Below, piece after piece: positions 40,234-53,789 of a stretch of DNA of 64,000 nucleotides; position 1 is the stretch's first letter, and the number at the start of each line of letters is the position of its first letter. The notes below the pieces were generated by a model, which saw only the letters and a program-made list of their open reading frames with translations, ran no database searches and was not told where the DNA came from. Source of the DNA: Eledone cirrhosa (lineage: Eukaryota). The position numbers and the translations under genes are program-made. The stretch lies in NCBI GenBank assembly GCA_964016885.1, contig OZ024742.1, positions 363,506,001-363,570,000 on the forward strand, read 5' to 3'.

Positions 40234-41628
40234 GTACTTTGAGTTTCAGTCATTGATGTTAGTTAACTGGAAAGTTTGTTGAAATGAATATCAAGCCACT
40301 ACCTGCAGCCTCAGATATTCAGGTCGTATCGGAGGGTTCTTGCTGTTCCCAGCAAGCATGCCTTTTGAAGCGTTCCAAAAAGCGTGGCGGGGCCAATTTT
40401 CTTTAACCAACCCTGGAAACTTTTTGTGATAGTACCTAGTGCGCCTATGACAATCGGGACCACTTTGACTTCATGGCAGTTCCAAATCCTTTTTACCACC
40501 CACTTTAAGTTCTGGTATCGGTTAATTTTCTCCCTATCCTTCTCTTGCACTCTCGAGTCGAATGGGCAGGCCACATCCACAATCAGGCACGATCTTTTTT
40601 CCTTGTCCAAAACCACCAGGTCAGGTCTATTGTGTTCCAGTTTCTTGTCCGTCTGTATTCTAAAATCCCACAGCACCTTCACCTGATCGTTTTCTATCAC
40701 CGACTCTGACTTAAGCACATACCACTTCTCAGAATGTGGTAAATTGTTTACTTTGCATAGGTGCCAGTGGATCACCCAGCCCATCAAATCATGTCTCCAG
40801 CCTTTATAGTGCGTCTGGGCTAGGTGTTTACACTCGGATACAATGTGAGCCACAGTCTCCTCTCTCTCTCCACAGATCCTGCACAGTGGGCTAGCCTCCT
40901 CCTTGTAAATATGGTGTTTCAACCACTTCGTTTTGAGGGCCTGCTCTTGCGCAGCCATTAGCATTCCTTCTGTAGTCTTTTTAAGGTCTCCTCTTTTCAA
41001 CCAGTTCCATATATGTGGATCTCTGAATTCAGTTTTCTCAAAGAAGGTACTATGAAGGGATTTTTCATGAAGGCTGCTCTTTCTCCTTGTTGTTATTTCC
41101 TCCTTGGACATCCCCTGGTCTATTGTCCTCTCCTTCAGTACAATTCTGAGCATTGGCTCCTTACTATCAGTCACGTATTTGTGTAGGTTATTTTTCTCCA
41201 TCTGAACACAGTCCTCTATGCTGATAAGACCTCTTCCACCTTCAGATCTCCTTAAGTAGAGTCTATCGACATCACTCCTCTTGTGGAACATGTTGTAGAT
41301 AGTCAATAGCTTCCTAGTCTTCCTACCCATTTATTTTTGTTCAGCAACATTCCATCTCAGAATTCCCGTACTGTACCTAATAATAGACACAGCTCGGGAA
41401 TTTACTGCACTTATGGCATTCCTACTGTTCAGATGTGACTTTAATACGCTCCTTACTCTCCGAATGTATTCAGATCTTATCAATTCCTTCATTTTTTTGT
41501 TCTTGATGTCATCAGCCTCCAGAACACCCAAATACTTGTATCCTTCTTCAGTGTCAATTTCCTTTATCATCTCACCTGTTGGTACCTGGATTCCGTTGCT
41601 TCTGCTCAATTTACACCTCTTCATCACA

Positions 41629-41629
<1 letters not shown>
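40234..41629 (-). mobile_element. 5'-truncated R4/Dong-like LINE in (ATT)n
   Basis: ORF 40311-41330 is nearly identical to 36132-37151. (att)n lies on both flanks. Confidence 0.92.
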
Positions 41630-41703
<74 letters not shown>

Positions 41704-44700
41704 GAATGCTATGGTTGACGGAGGCTCGGCTCTGTAAGGTATTGAACATTTTGAACGCTATAACAATTGTAAATTGTTTAAAACTTTAACGAACTTGTAG
41801 ACAAAAACACCCTCCTCCTCGTGAGAGGGGTCTTTCTGCCCGTTATTTGGCCCTTCGGGGTTAAATAACTGCTTATTGGGGTTTTGTGACCAGTATTTAT
41901 TTTAAACAAAAAAAACAACATGGCTACGAAAAAGAAATTTCATAGGTCACTCCCACTCATTCCGTCTTCTTCTTCCTCAATCATCACTACAGCAGAGAGA
42001 AGATTGTCTTTCTCCCTCCCTTCTTTAAATGTGTCTCTCTCCCTGCCTTCTCTTTCGCAAGCGACGACAGAAAAGAAAAGTCTCGTGCAAAGCGTGCAAG
42101 ATTTCTCCACGACGACGACGACAACGACGAAACAGGTGTGCGGGAAATACGAAAACCCATTTCATTCGTCTGACGTCAGGAATAATAGCAGTAGTAGCCG
42201 TAATAACCACAGAAACAGTGACAATGAAAACAACAGTAGCAGCCGCAACAGCATCAGCAGCAGCATAAACCACAACAGCATTAGCAGCAGCAACAACAAC
42301 AACAACCACAGCAACAGCGGCGGCGGCAGTAGTCGTAGTACCTGCAGCAACAACAAAAGTACCAGCAGCTCTGACGACAACAACAACACCAACAGCAGCA
42401 AAGAAAAACCAATCTCGTTTGCAGGTATCGCGAAGAACCTGGAAACAATCCTCATAACAAATGAGGAATTAGAGGAAGCGAAGAAGATGGGGACAAAAAC
42501 TGGACACCGTGCAATCTGCAAGGCAGCGGAAAAGTTTTTCGAAACCCAACAGCACTGTACGGTCACGTACCGTACAGTAAGTACAAAATCCCGTAGGGTG
42601 GAAAGAGCCACAGAGGCTCAAATACAAAAAGCCTTGGTGTCTGTGTGGCAGCGGAAAACACACATCACCCGAGGCAAAAAATATGCCACCGTAGACGTAC
42701 TTTTTGCCACACCCCAGGAGGCAAAGGCTCAATCCGTAGTGACCCTAAAGAGCGAGGAAATGGTGTTGGTGCCCTCCTACTGCGGGCAAAAAATTGTGAG
42801 GGTCAAACTGACCCACGTCCCCCCCCCCCGGGATGGCCCCTTCTTGGCTGGCCGCGTCTGTCCTCGTCGGAATCGAGGACAAAACAACTGTACTGCAAGT
42901 ACAGAAAAAAGTAAGAGAAGATTGGGTCGGCACCTCCATTGAGATGTTAATGCAAACCAACCAGGAGTGCATCGAAGCTATCCCGGATGTGATAGACTTC
43001 GATAACGGCACTTAACTGCCCATAAGTGTTGAGGGCAAACGCCCGAAATGCTTTCGCTGTGGATCGAAGAATCACCTCAGGGCCTTCTGCAACGAGAAGA
43101 CCCTGAGAAAGGAGAAAACACCCCTCCTTCCGAAACCGGCTCCACGGCTACCAGCAACAGGACAAGAGGCAACCAGGAACGATAGGTCCGTGGCACCCAT
43201 ACCCACGCCACGGAAATCAAAAACAGCAGCAGCAGTGGAAATATTAACAACAACAACAGCAATACCAAATGCAGCTGCAACAGAGACTCCAGTGCAAACA
43301 TCACCAACAACAACAAGTGAAAGAGTGGATCTGGTACCCCTCCCCGACCTCACAGAATCAGACATGGAGTGTGAGGTGGGAGAGGGATGGCACAAACGCA
43401 GAAGCAGCGCATCGTCGCCTTTGAAAAGGGGGGAAAGAAATGAGAAAAGGGTAAAGTCTACTGCAAAGAGACTCACAGCAGCAACACCACCAACACCATC
43501 ACCACCCACACTAGCACCACCATCACCACCGGCGAAAACCCCACCGCCAACAACACCTTCAACACCACCACCACAAGCACCAACATCGCAAACACAGCAA
43601 CAAAACACACACACCCAGCAACAAAGACAAGAAAATAGCAGAACCACACCCCACCCCCAGAAAAACAAATGCACGGCAATAAATACACACAACAAGAAAC
43701 TAATGACTTACATAATTGAACACACAGACATTTCACAACAGGACTACATAATACCAGCACCAATCAAAACGCCAATTAACATAAGACTGCTAAAAATTGC
43801 ACAGAAACAATACACAAACATAAAAACGAAATTCCCCAACGCAGTTGGTGATTTCAGGGACCTAGGAGGAACTATCAATCGAAGAGTATATTCGGACATA
43901 CTCATAGAAGAGCCGACGACCAGCCGAAGGGACGATTCAATGAAAAGGGATGTAAAAAGTGAAAAGGGATGTAAAAACCATCCCTCCTCTACGAAAAGTA
44001 CGGTAAGTGGTCTTTCCCATCTTTTCCACTCTATTTTAAACATGACCTCACTCAGAATAGGCAGCATAAATGCGCGTGGCTTGGGGTCGTCATGGAAGCA
44101 GGGTCACCTGCTCAACGAGCTCAGGTCACTAAACATAGATGTAGTGGCCATCAGCGAGACCAGAATCTCCGAAGCACGGGCCTTCGCACCGATCTTCGGC
44201 GGCTACGATGTGTACGCATCTCGCAGCCGTCCTGGATCGGGGGGAGGAGTTGCTGTGTTTTTTCGGAGAGGTTTGGATCTCGCCATACGGGCCATCTTCC
44301 TGGACCCAGAGGGTAAGATGGTGGTGCTGGACGTGACCAGCGGAGACGGGCAAGCTTTCAGGCTAGTGGCCGTCTATGCCCCGACAGGAGCAGGACGGCC
44401 TGATTTCTTCCGGCGTCTGGAGACCTTTCTTGGAACGTCCCGCTCTTTAGTGTTAGAGGGCAACTGGAACGGGATCTTAGATGCACGCTGGGACTGTGTG
44501 GGATTAGCGGATAGGGGTGGAGGGTGCAAGAGCCTCACCAACCTGCTCAGGCGTTTTGAACTGTCTGACAGGTACCGATTGGATTTCCCGAATGTGCCAA
44601 TGTGGACTTGGACAAATCGCGTAGGGTCATCCAGATCATATCTAGATAGAGTATTTTGTAGGGAAATAGATAGGTCTAGCATAAGCTGTCCATAATTCAA

Positions 44701-47700
44701 GATAGTCAGCTACACGGACCACAAATTCGTGATCTGTGTGCTTGACTTAGATAGGCTTCATAGACGAGGACCCGGCTACTGGATGCTAAACGCGTCCTGA
44801 CCAGCGCGCAAGGCCTACAGAGACCGGATTAGCGAACTAGTTAAGCGGGCGTTGACGGGGCCATCGTCAACAACAAGTGGTGGTTTTCTCTGAAAAGAGC
44901 GATTAGAATAGAATCGATTAGGTTTAGTAAGGCTTTAGCAATAGAGAAAAATAGAGCAGAGGGAGAACTAGTTAGAAAATTAGACGAGGCGCTTAGCAAA
45001 GGCATTGCGACCGACGTGCTTGCGGCGAAATTGGCCCTTGACCAATTCTTCAATGCAAAGCACGAAGGCTGCGTTGTCAGAGCAAGGGTGCGTGCTCTCA
45101 GACACGAGGGGACGAAAGCCGTTCAATGGGCCCGAGTGGCGGAGGCGCGTCGTGGCAACAAAGCCACGATCCGGTCTTTGGTGGACCACGACGGGCGCAT
45201 GCTACTCGATCCCGGGCAAATGTGTGAAGCTTTTCAGCGACACTTCGCTCAGCTGTTCGGGGGCAGTGGTGGGCCGGGTCGAGGGATGGACTTTAGTGTC
45301 TACCTCGGCGGACTGCCGCGGCTCTCGGCCACTGAGGCGAAGTGTTGCGAAAAGCCGATAACAGCCGCTGAAGTAAGGGAGGCAATGACTGGCTGCACAA
45401 GGGGTAAATAGCCTGGTTTGGATAGTCTGCCCTATTAACGTTACGTACAGATGCCAGACTTGTTCGGAGGCCTCTTGGCGGACGTCTACTGCAACTGGCA
45501 ACAGAACGGGAGAATTCCCAGTTCTGTGAGCCGAGGAGCGGTAGCACTGCTGAGAAAGGATGCGAACAAGGGGGATAACATACATAATTTCCGGCCCATA
45601 ACTCTGCTAAACACAGAGTTCAAGATTTTGGCCAAGGTGCTAGCAAAGAGGTTGGCGCTTGTCGTTGGTGGTCTGGTGGGAGAGGCGCAGACATGCGCCA
45701 TTCCCGACAGATCCATCCACCACAACCTCCACCTCATGCGATACATCGTAGAGAGGGTAGCTAGGGAACCTGGTACGGGTGGGTCCTTGATCAATTTAGA
45801 TCAGTCGAAAGCTTTCGATAGGGTCGACCATCGTGACCTAGCGGCAGTCTTGAGGGCGGCTGGCATTGGGCCCGTCTTCAGAGGCTGGATCGCTGCCATG
45901 CACAGCGACATCTGCTCTGTGGTGAGAGTGAACGGTCACCTGTCGGAACCGTTCAACATCATGCGCTCGGTCCGCCAAGGATGTCCCCTCTCGTCCCTCT
46001 TGTACTTATTGACTCTCGAGCCATTACTGCACAAACTGGAGACGTTGAGGGGCGTCCCGCGCGAACTAGGATGCGGAAGATCCGTGTCAGCAAATGCGGA
46101 CGATGTCACCGTAGTGGTGTCGAACGCCAAACACATCGAGGCGATCGGCACTACACTAAGAGAATACGAAGCGGTGACAGGAGCAATGATCAACCAGGAA
46201 AAGTCAGTAAGGCCTGCAGCTCGGCACCTGGAGAAGCATGTCCATGCCATCCAACAGCGTCGTCGGACGCTGGACGGACGGACCGGTTAAATTGCTAGGG
46301 GTCTGGTTCGGTCCGGACCTCCAGACGGACAAAAACTGGGACGAGGTGACGAGCAGGGTGGCTTCTCTCACCCAGAAATGGGCGGAGAGGAAGCTATCCC
46401 TGAAAGGTCGAGGGGAGGTGGCTAACGCGTACATCGCGTCTGTCATCTGCTACCGCCTGACCGTCGTACTTTGTCCTAAGCCTCTCCTGACTGCGCTGGA
46501 GCGTTTGCTCTTTCGCTTTTTGTGGAAGGGACGCGCTCCGATGGTCAGACGGTCCATCTGTTGTCAACACCCGCTACGTGGAGGGCTGGGCATGCCGTGG
46601 CTGATGATGCGCAGGCACGCGCTCAGGCTACGACATCTCCACCTCTTCCTCGACGGTGATCAGGTGTGGTCGCCGTTTGCTAGACACGTATTTCCCCAGC
46701 TCGTTTCCTTGACGGAGCTGCAGTCCTGGGTCAAGCAAAGACCGAGAGGGAGCGCCTGGAGACTGGAATGTCTTCAGGCACTCACAGCCCTCGACCAATC
46801 GGGCAATGTGATCGGTGGAAACTCCACCTCGGCGTTCTATAGAGGATTAGTGGAGGGGAAGAGCGACGACGTACTTGGGGAAACTCTAAGCGTCGACGAA
46901 AATCAACTAGCCAATCTCTTCGGAAGAACTTTCGGGCCGGGGCCTATGGACAACATCCAGAAATCTCTGGCTTGGCAGTGCTACCGAGGAGCCTTGCCAG
47001 TTCGGGATAAACTCTACAGGCATGGAGGTGCCGTCAGCCGGGCATGTCCGAGATGCGCGCAGGGCGACGAAACCGTCCTGCACGCACTCGTCCAGTGTCC
47101 GAGCATTGCTGACTTGTGGGTTTATGTCGAACACCTGCTGTCGCGTTTAGGACGGATCCGGCTATCATCTGAGTCCATCGTGAGGATTGCCCCGCCCTCC
47201 TCCTTTAGCCGGGAAGGGCAGGCAGTTTATATCTGTCTGGTGGCCATGGCGAAACAGATAGTATGGTGGACACGTTTGAAAGGGCTGAAGACAAGCACTT
47301 ACCTCTTCGGTGATGCTCTGATTGACTTTTTCAAATTTCATTTGAAAAGGAAAATCAGAGTAGAGAGGGAAGTGCTCTCTTCCCAGCATTTTGTTGAAAG
47401 ATGGGTGAGAGAAGCAAGAATGGCCCGAGTGAATGGGCCTACTCTGAGTATATATCTGTAAATTAAAGGTGGAAAACTGGGAGAGGGCACTTGCCTTGGT
47501 GGTCAGGGTCATTGTGGCCTTTTACTGGGCTTTCTCCACAAATGTCCCTCCGAAGTCTCCCCCCTATTGGGGAATTTTTCATTGTTATTTTTTGTTACAT
47601 CCTCTGTTTTTGTTTTTTACATGCAGAAATGCCTATTTGTACCGTCCTGTATTGTCCTGCACTGTCCTTAATGTCTACTTTATGTAAACCCTTGTGGTTA

Positions 47701-47709
47701 ATAAAGAAA

Positions 47710-47711
<2 letters not shown>
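41704..47711 (+). mobile_element. Apparently full-length Tx1-like LINE (ORF1 with CCHC knuckle; ORF2 APE-RT-CCHC), disrupted
   Basis: ORF1 starts at 41920 and includes CFRCGSKNHLRAFC (about 43050). ORF2 starts at 44042 with NARGL, SET, VYAP, YLDR, RT motifs RQGCPLS/NADD, and CPRC...HALVQC. Long (att)n tracts lie on both sides. Confidence 0.93.
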
Positions 47712-47753
<42 letters not shown>

Positions 47754-47934
47754 GTACTAAGAGTGAGAAATGAAATTTCGTTTCATTTTTTTCATTTTTT
47801 AATTTTTTCCGTTTATCGTATTCGCTGCGCCCGGCCGATTAACTAACTTGATATTCAAATTAGGCTGCTCAGCCGTTAATATGCATAAGGAAAGTATATA
47901 CTTTCAGACGTTCAATCATCTGGCAGGAAGGTAT

Positions 47935-47977
47935 ACGTCGCTGACGATAGCTAATAAGCTTGAAACTAGTACAGCGT
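47935..47977 (+). ncRNA. Minimal type I hammerhead ribozyme
   Basis: acgtcg-CTGACGA-t-agc-taataa-gct-t-GAAA-ctag-TA-cagcgt: intact core, palindromic CTAG helix III, GUA cleavage triplet, one mismatch in helix I. Confidence 0.7.
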
Positions 47978-48180
47978 TCCTTTGTCAGTGTTGAACAAAA
48001 GAGCAACGATGGTTGCTAGACACTGTACAGCTTAATTCGGGATGTTTGTTTACAAACACACCGAGCATTATAATAAATGTTCGGTGAATCCATACGTACA
48101 TATATATATATATGTGTGGCATGTATGTATATATATATACATACTACTGTACGTCTGTATACATATATGTATGTACGTAT

Positions 48181-48244
<64 letters not shown>

Positions 48245-48418
48245 AAGATTCATACTTATATGTATACGAAACATATATATGGCATATTTATAGGTATACG
48301 AGGCATACATACGTATATGCTTACATGTGGAGTGTTTGAGCCGGGAGATTTTCGATTAGAATGCTCTCGGTGCTCTTAATACAAATCCTTTTGTGATCAA
48401 CTTTGACTTTCATTATTG

Positions 48419-48795
48419 TGGTGGATTGGCAGTATCGGTAGAGGGTCGGACGCCATGCTTTGACGCATAGAGTTACGGCCCTTGCCATTCTGAGTTCAAA
48501 TGCCGCCGAGGTTAACTTTGCCTTTCATCCTTACGGGGTCGATAAAATAAAGTACCAGTAATACACTGGGTAATTGCTGGCCTTGTGCCAAAAGTAGAAA
48601 CAATTATTGTGGAATGGCAGTATCGGTAGAAGGTCGGACGCCATGCTTTGCAGCAAAGAGTTACGGCCCATTTCGGTCTTAGTTGAAACCCCGCCGAGGT
48701 CAACTTTGCCTTTCATCCTTACGGGGTCGATAAAATAAAGTACCGGTAATGCACTGGTGTAATTGCTGGCCTTGTGCCAAAAGTAGAAACAATTA
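48419..48795 (+). mobile_element. Tandem dimer of tRNA-derived SINEs (48419-48607 and 48608-48795)
   Basis: Two head-to-tail full copies of the 5107 family. Confidence 0.9.
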
Positions 48796-48895
48796 TTTCA
48801 AGAACAATATTTAAAGAAACAGTCCTATATTTTCATCGAAACTTCTTACTCTATATCTCTTTTTCACGTTATTCAGCCCGACTCTCTCTCACTTC

Positions 48896-48926
<31 letters not shown>

Positions 48927-49254
48927 ATTCTCTCTTTGTCTCTCCCTCCCACTCCCCCCTCTCTCTGTCTATCTCTCTCTGTCAGAAGACGTGTATTTTC
49001 AGACATGCAGTGCTTAAAATACCCAAAACCTCTCATATGTCACAACACCTCATAACTACTCTGTAAGGTAGTCAGCGCCCAAGGACAGGTGGAATATGAA
49101 AATCCTCTCTAAAGTAGTAACAAGCTCACTCAAGACTTAAATTACTTGTTGCTTGTTAATGGCGACTCGGTAAATATTAATCAAATATATATCTCAACTC
49201 GTATATAAGACCCAGAACTGGATTTTTGTGAGCTATGGGGTGTAATGACCAATA

Positions 49255-49304
<50 letters not shown>

Positions 49305-49309
<5 letters not shown>

Positions 49310-49513
49310 AGGTGAGTTTTATTGTAGTACAATAAAGCAATGCAGATATCGGATAAGAAGCACTCTACAGTTTGTAGGACTGGAGTATACATAATATATA
49401 TGAACAAAAGATGGTTAAAAGAGTTCCATGTATTTTATTATGCGCATGTATTTTATTATGTTTTTGAAATGCGCATAATAAAATACATGGAACTCTTTTA
49501 ACCATCTTTTGTT

Positions 49514-49516
<3 letters not shown>
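49305..49516. repeat. Short fold-back containing only the 3' half of an HHR
   Basis: 49402-49446 is inverted at 49469-49514. It contains GAAA-tgcgca-TA-ataaaata but no CTGANGA. The tail is on the left and (TA)n flanks it. Confidence 0.6.
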
Positions 49517-49570
<54 letters not shown>

Positions 49571-49573
<3 letters not shown>

Positions 49574-52500
49574 AATAGGGAGAAAAAGACAATTATTAGG
49601 AAGACAAAAATATTTTTTTCCTTTATTTTTCTCTCTGTTTTCTGGGTTAGAAAATGTTTAAAACAAAATATTTTACTTTGTGTGAAGTGTTAAGGTATTA
49701 GTTAATTTATTTATTAATTAACAATAGCATTGATTTATTCATTTATTTATTTATATATTTAATAATTGTCTATTACTGGTTTCAACATGTTATACATTGT
49801 GAAAGGGGGAATTTGTATTGGTATAAAATGTAGGAGAGAAGATGAGGTGATGTTGAACATGTTAAGAAAATGGGAAGGAAAGAATAATATTATTTACAAA
49901 CAAGGTTTTTGAAGTAAAAAGCGAAACGAAAAAAGGGAGTGATGTGGAACATGATAAGGTAATGGGAAAGAAAGAATAATATTATATACAGGTATAGTTC
50001 TTGAGGATAAGCAGTTCAAAAAATGTTATTATGGAAAGAGCGATTGGTTGATCCATGATGGAGGCAAATAGTAGTCTGGGGTTGGATATGTTTTCCCTTT
50101 TTAGAGATTTAATGTGCAGGGGGAGGTAATTCAGGGTGGTCTGGTAGGAGAGAGAGAGATGAGAGGGGGTAATTCATTTATATAAGAAAAAGGATTAGGG
50201 AGCGTGTGAGGGAGGTAACTCTTTAGAGAACATAGGTATTAGTAAATGTTTGAGTGTTCGTTCCAGTTTTAGTTTAGTCCGAAGTTTAGTCCATTAAGTA
50301 GTGGTTGGAATTTTTAATGAAGTACGTTTCCTTATTGGTACGATGGATGAAAGAAGCGTTGTCTATGAATTTGTAAATGGGGAAAATTTTAAAGTTTGGT
50401 TGTTGGTTAGGTGCACAATTGGCGATATGTTCACTAAAAGCAATCTTCCTGTATTCCTGTATTTTTATTTGTAATCTATGGACGGTCATACGTTGTCGGA
50501 GGCTGTTTTTGTCTGTCCTATGTAGTGCTCTCGACAACCTGAGCAGGTCAAAACATAGATAGGTTTTCAGATGCACATGTAAAGTTGTATTTAACTGTGA
50601 AATGTTGTCCTTGTTTAAAATAGAATGTTGAACCCTCTATTAGATTTATGCATATACCACAGTTGGGCCTTCCGCATTTTTTTTACTGTAGGGTTCATTG
50701 TGAGGTTTGATTGGATTTTTGCTTGTGTGGGGATGTTTTTTATGGATTTAAGTTGTCTTTTGCTCTTTATGATGTTGTGTATTTGGAGGGTTTTGTTCAT
50801 TCTTGGGTCTCTTTTTAGTAAAGGAATGTTCTGGAGGATGGTGTCGAATGCCTCATTGTTGAGAGGATCGTGTGGAGATGTATGGTAGAGTTTTCTGTTT
50901 CGGTTCCTTCCTGGGTTTGGGGTGTCTGAGTTCCTGGATGTTGAGGGCACGTTGGAATCCATTGTTGATTAGGGATGGTGGGTAGTTTCTGCTGATAAGT
51001 GTGTTCTTTAATTCTTCTAGCCGTGTGTAGCGTGTGTATTTATCTGAAACTATTGTGTAGATCCTTCTGGCTAGGTTATAAGGAATTGTCATTTTGGTAT
51101 GGCGAGGGTGGCACGAGTTAAATGGAAGATATTGTTTGGAGTCTGTGGGTTTGTAGTATATGTCTGTTTCTATTTTGTTGTTTGTTTTCTTGATGAGGAT
51201 GTCAAGGAAAGGGAGTTGTTCATGGCTGTATTCCATTGTAAATTGTAAGTTTGTATTGAGTCCATTTAGAAGGGTTTTAAACTCAATCAGTCTTTCTATA
51301 CTTTCATGCCAGAGGATGAAGCAGTCGTCCAGATATCTCTTCCAGTTTTTTTCTATGTGTTGGTAGAAGTGGTTACCGTATTTGTCTAGAACTTTGCGGT
51401 AGGTAAAGAGTGGTTTCCAAATATTCCATGACAAGGTTGGCGTATGAGGGGGTTACTTTCGTCCCCATGGCAGTCCCAGATTTATGTCTGTAGTATTTGG
51501 CATCGAATTCGAAGAAGTTATTTTCCAAGATGAATTTGAGTCCCTCCAACACAAATTCTTTAGGGAAGCGCTGTGGAAGTTCACTAGGGAAAGTTTCAAG
51601 CCAGAAATGTATTGCCTCTATACCTAGGTTGTGTGGGATATTGGAATATAGATTGATGACATCAAAGGTTGCTAGTAGGGTATGTTCATTATTGAGTGTT
51701 GTTGGGAGGTGGTTGAGCATGTCAAGGTCGTCCCTTATGAAGCTTTTTCTATGTGTTTTAGGAAAGGTTTAAGCAGAATATCTAGGAAGTTGCTTAGGCG
51801 CTGGGTTTCACATGTGGTACCTGCTATTATGGGTCTTAATTTAAGGTCATCAGGAGGGGTATATTGATGTAAATGTCTGTGGCTTGCTTTCAGGCCCTGC
51901 CTATTACTTCGCTTTTGTGTGTCTTTGGGATACGGTAGAAAAGGCTGGTTCTGCTTGTGAAATTTATGATGTAGTTGTATTCCTTGTCGGTAAGGCCTTC
52001 TTTGTAAAGGGTTGTTAGGGATTTTAGGTTTCTCATTATTTTCTGTTGTGTGTACTGTTAGGCCTTTTCGTAATATGTTTGGTTTTCTAGAGTTGAGAGT
52101 ACTAGAGTCGTGTAGTAATCTGTTTTCATAAGGATTACTGCACTTCCTTTATCCGCCTCTTTGATTGTTAGGGTTTTGTCGTTCTTTAGACTGTTAAGAC
52201 CATTCCATTCTTTTTTGATTAGGTTTGGTTTTTGTTTATGTCTGTGTAGGTGGTGGTATGGGTAATTAGTAATGTGTTCGCAGAATTGATCGAGGAATTT
52301 GTTCTTGCATTTGGGTGGGGTGTAGTTGCTTCTATTTCTGGCTATTGAGTCATCCTAATTGTATTTGTCGTATAGTTGCTCGCTGAGTCTTAGTTTCTAC
52401 AGAATTCTGAAATGTCTTCCTTCATTTCGGGGTAGTTTGGTCGTTGGGGAGTTGGTGTAAAATTCAGACCTTTGGAGGATATGTTGATTTGGTCTGTTGT

Positions 52501-53788
52501 TAATTCTTTAGGGGTTAAATTAACGATTTTTATTACATGTTGTGCCTCCTGTGTGTTTTGTGTTATCTCGTTACCTTGTGTCTATGTGCTGTTGTTGTTA
52601 GAGGGCGTGTAGCTGTGGTGGTTGTTGAAGTTAAGTTGTATCGTGTGGTTGTATTGAGCCCTGCTGTTGTTGTTGTAGGGTGTGTAGATTTGGTGGTAGT
52701 TGTAGTAGGGTTGTCTTGTGTGGTTATATTGAGTCCTGCTGTTGTTGTTGTATGGTGTGTAGTTATGGTGGTCGTAGTGGTTAGGGTGTCTCGTGTGGTT
52801 GTATTGTCCCCTGCTGGTGTTGTAGGATGTGGTGGTTAGTGGAGGAGGGTAGATTGGGGTTTCCTTATAGTTGGTGTGTGGTTGTGAGGGCCTATGTGGC
52901 ATGCGTGGTAGTTGTGTGGGGATGTTAGGGGTGTGTGTAAGGGTGGGGGTTTCTATGGTTTCTCCTGGTGGGAGAGAAGTTGTAGTGTCTATCTTATAGC
53001 TGATGTTTCTCTATTACTATATTTGTTGCTTGGGAATTCGTGTGGTAGCTATGTGGTGGGTGTAGGAGGTAGGTGCGAGGTGATGCCTTCTGTTTTTGGT
53101 ATGTGGGGAGGTATTGTTTTTTGTTGTTGTTAGTTGTTGTGTGGTGATTGGGTTTTCTTGTTATTTTGGTTTTAATGAAGGGGTTCTTGGATGTGTGTTC
53201 TTTTTGGAAAAGTGTTTCATAGTTAGAGAACCAGGTTTCGTTTATTTCCCAACGTTGAAGGGATTTCAACTCTTCCTTATTACAGTCCTCTAACCATAAT
53301 TTTGAAATATTTTCTAGGGTGGTGTCTTTGGTTTTATTGATAATTGCTTGATTAATCTCATCGTTTATTGATTTGATCCTATCTTCATTTTCTTGGGCTC
53401 TCAATTTAAGGAGTTCAATTTCGGTTTTTATGTTATCAAGTGCCATTGTTTCCCTGGGGCGTCTTTGTGTCTCGGGTTCGTTTGGGATGGATTTATTAGG
53501 AAGAAAAATATATTTGTTTCCTTTATTTTTTTCTCTTTATTCTGGGTTAGAAAATGTTTAACACAAAATACTTTACTTTGTGTGAAGTGTTAAGGTATTA
53601 GTTAATTTATTTATTAATTAAAAATAGCATTTATTTATTTATTTATATATTTAATAATTGTCTATTACCGGTTTCAGTATTTTATGCATTATCAAAGGGG
53701 GAAATTTGTATTTGTATAAAATGTAGGAGAGAAGATAAGGTGATGTTGAACATGTTAAGGAAATGGAAAAGTATGAATAATATATATA
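49571..53788 (-). mobile_element. Near full-length Penelope-like element (Neptune-like) with direct pseudo-LTRs, decayed
   Basis: RT motifs TFDVINLYSNIP, GTAMGTKVTPSYANL, WKRYLDDCF and LPFLDI...YYKPTD. Cys linker KKCGRPNCGIC, then a GIY-YIG remnant. Direct repeats at about 49595-49890 and 53495-53785. About 90-bp tandem repeats lie in the N-terminal region (52580-52835). The clade call is an inference. Confidence 0.88.
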
Positions 53789-53789
53789 T

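Noticed and set aside
43190-44695. 501-aa ORF fusing the Tx1 ORF1 C-terminus to the ORF2 APE domain
   Set aside because: A 19-nt tandem duplication (43941-43977) shifts the frame. Without it ORF1 ends ...PPLRKVR* at 44004-44006, so the fusion is probably accidental.
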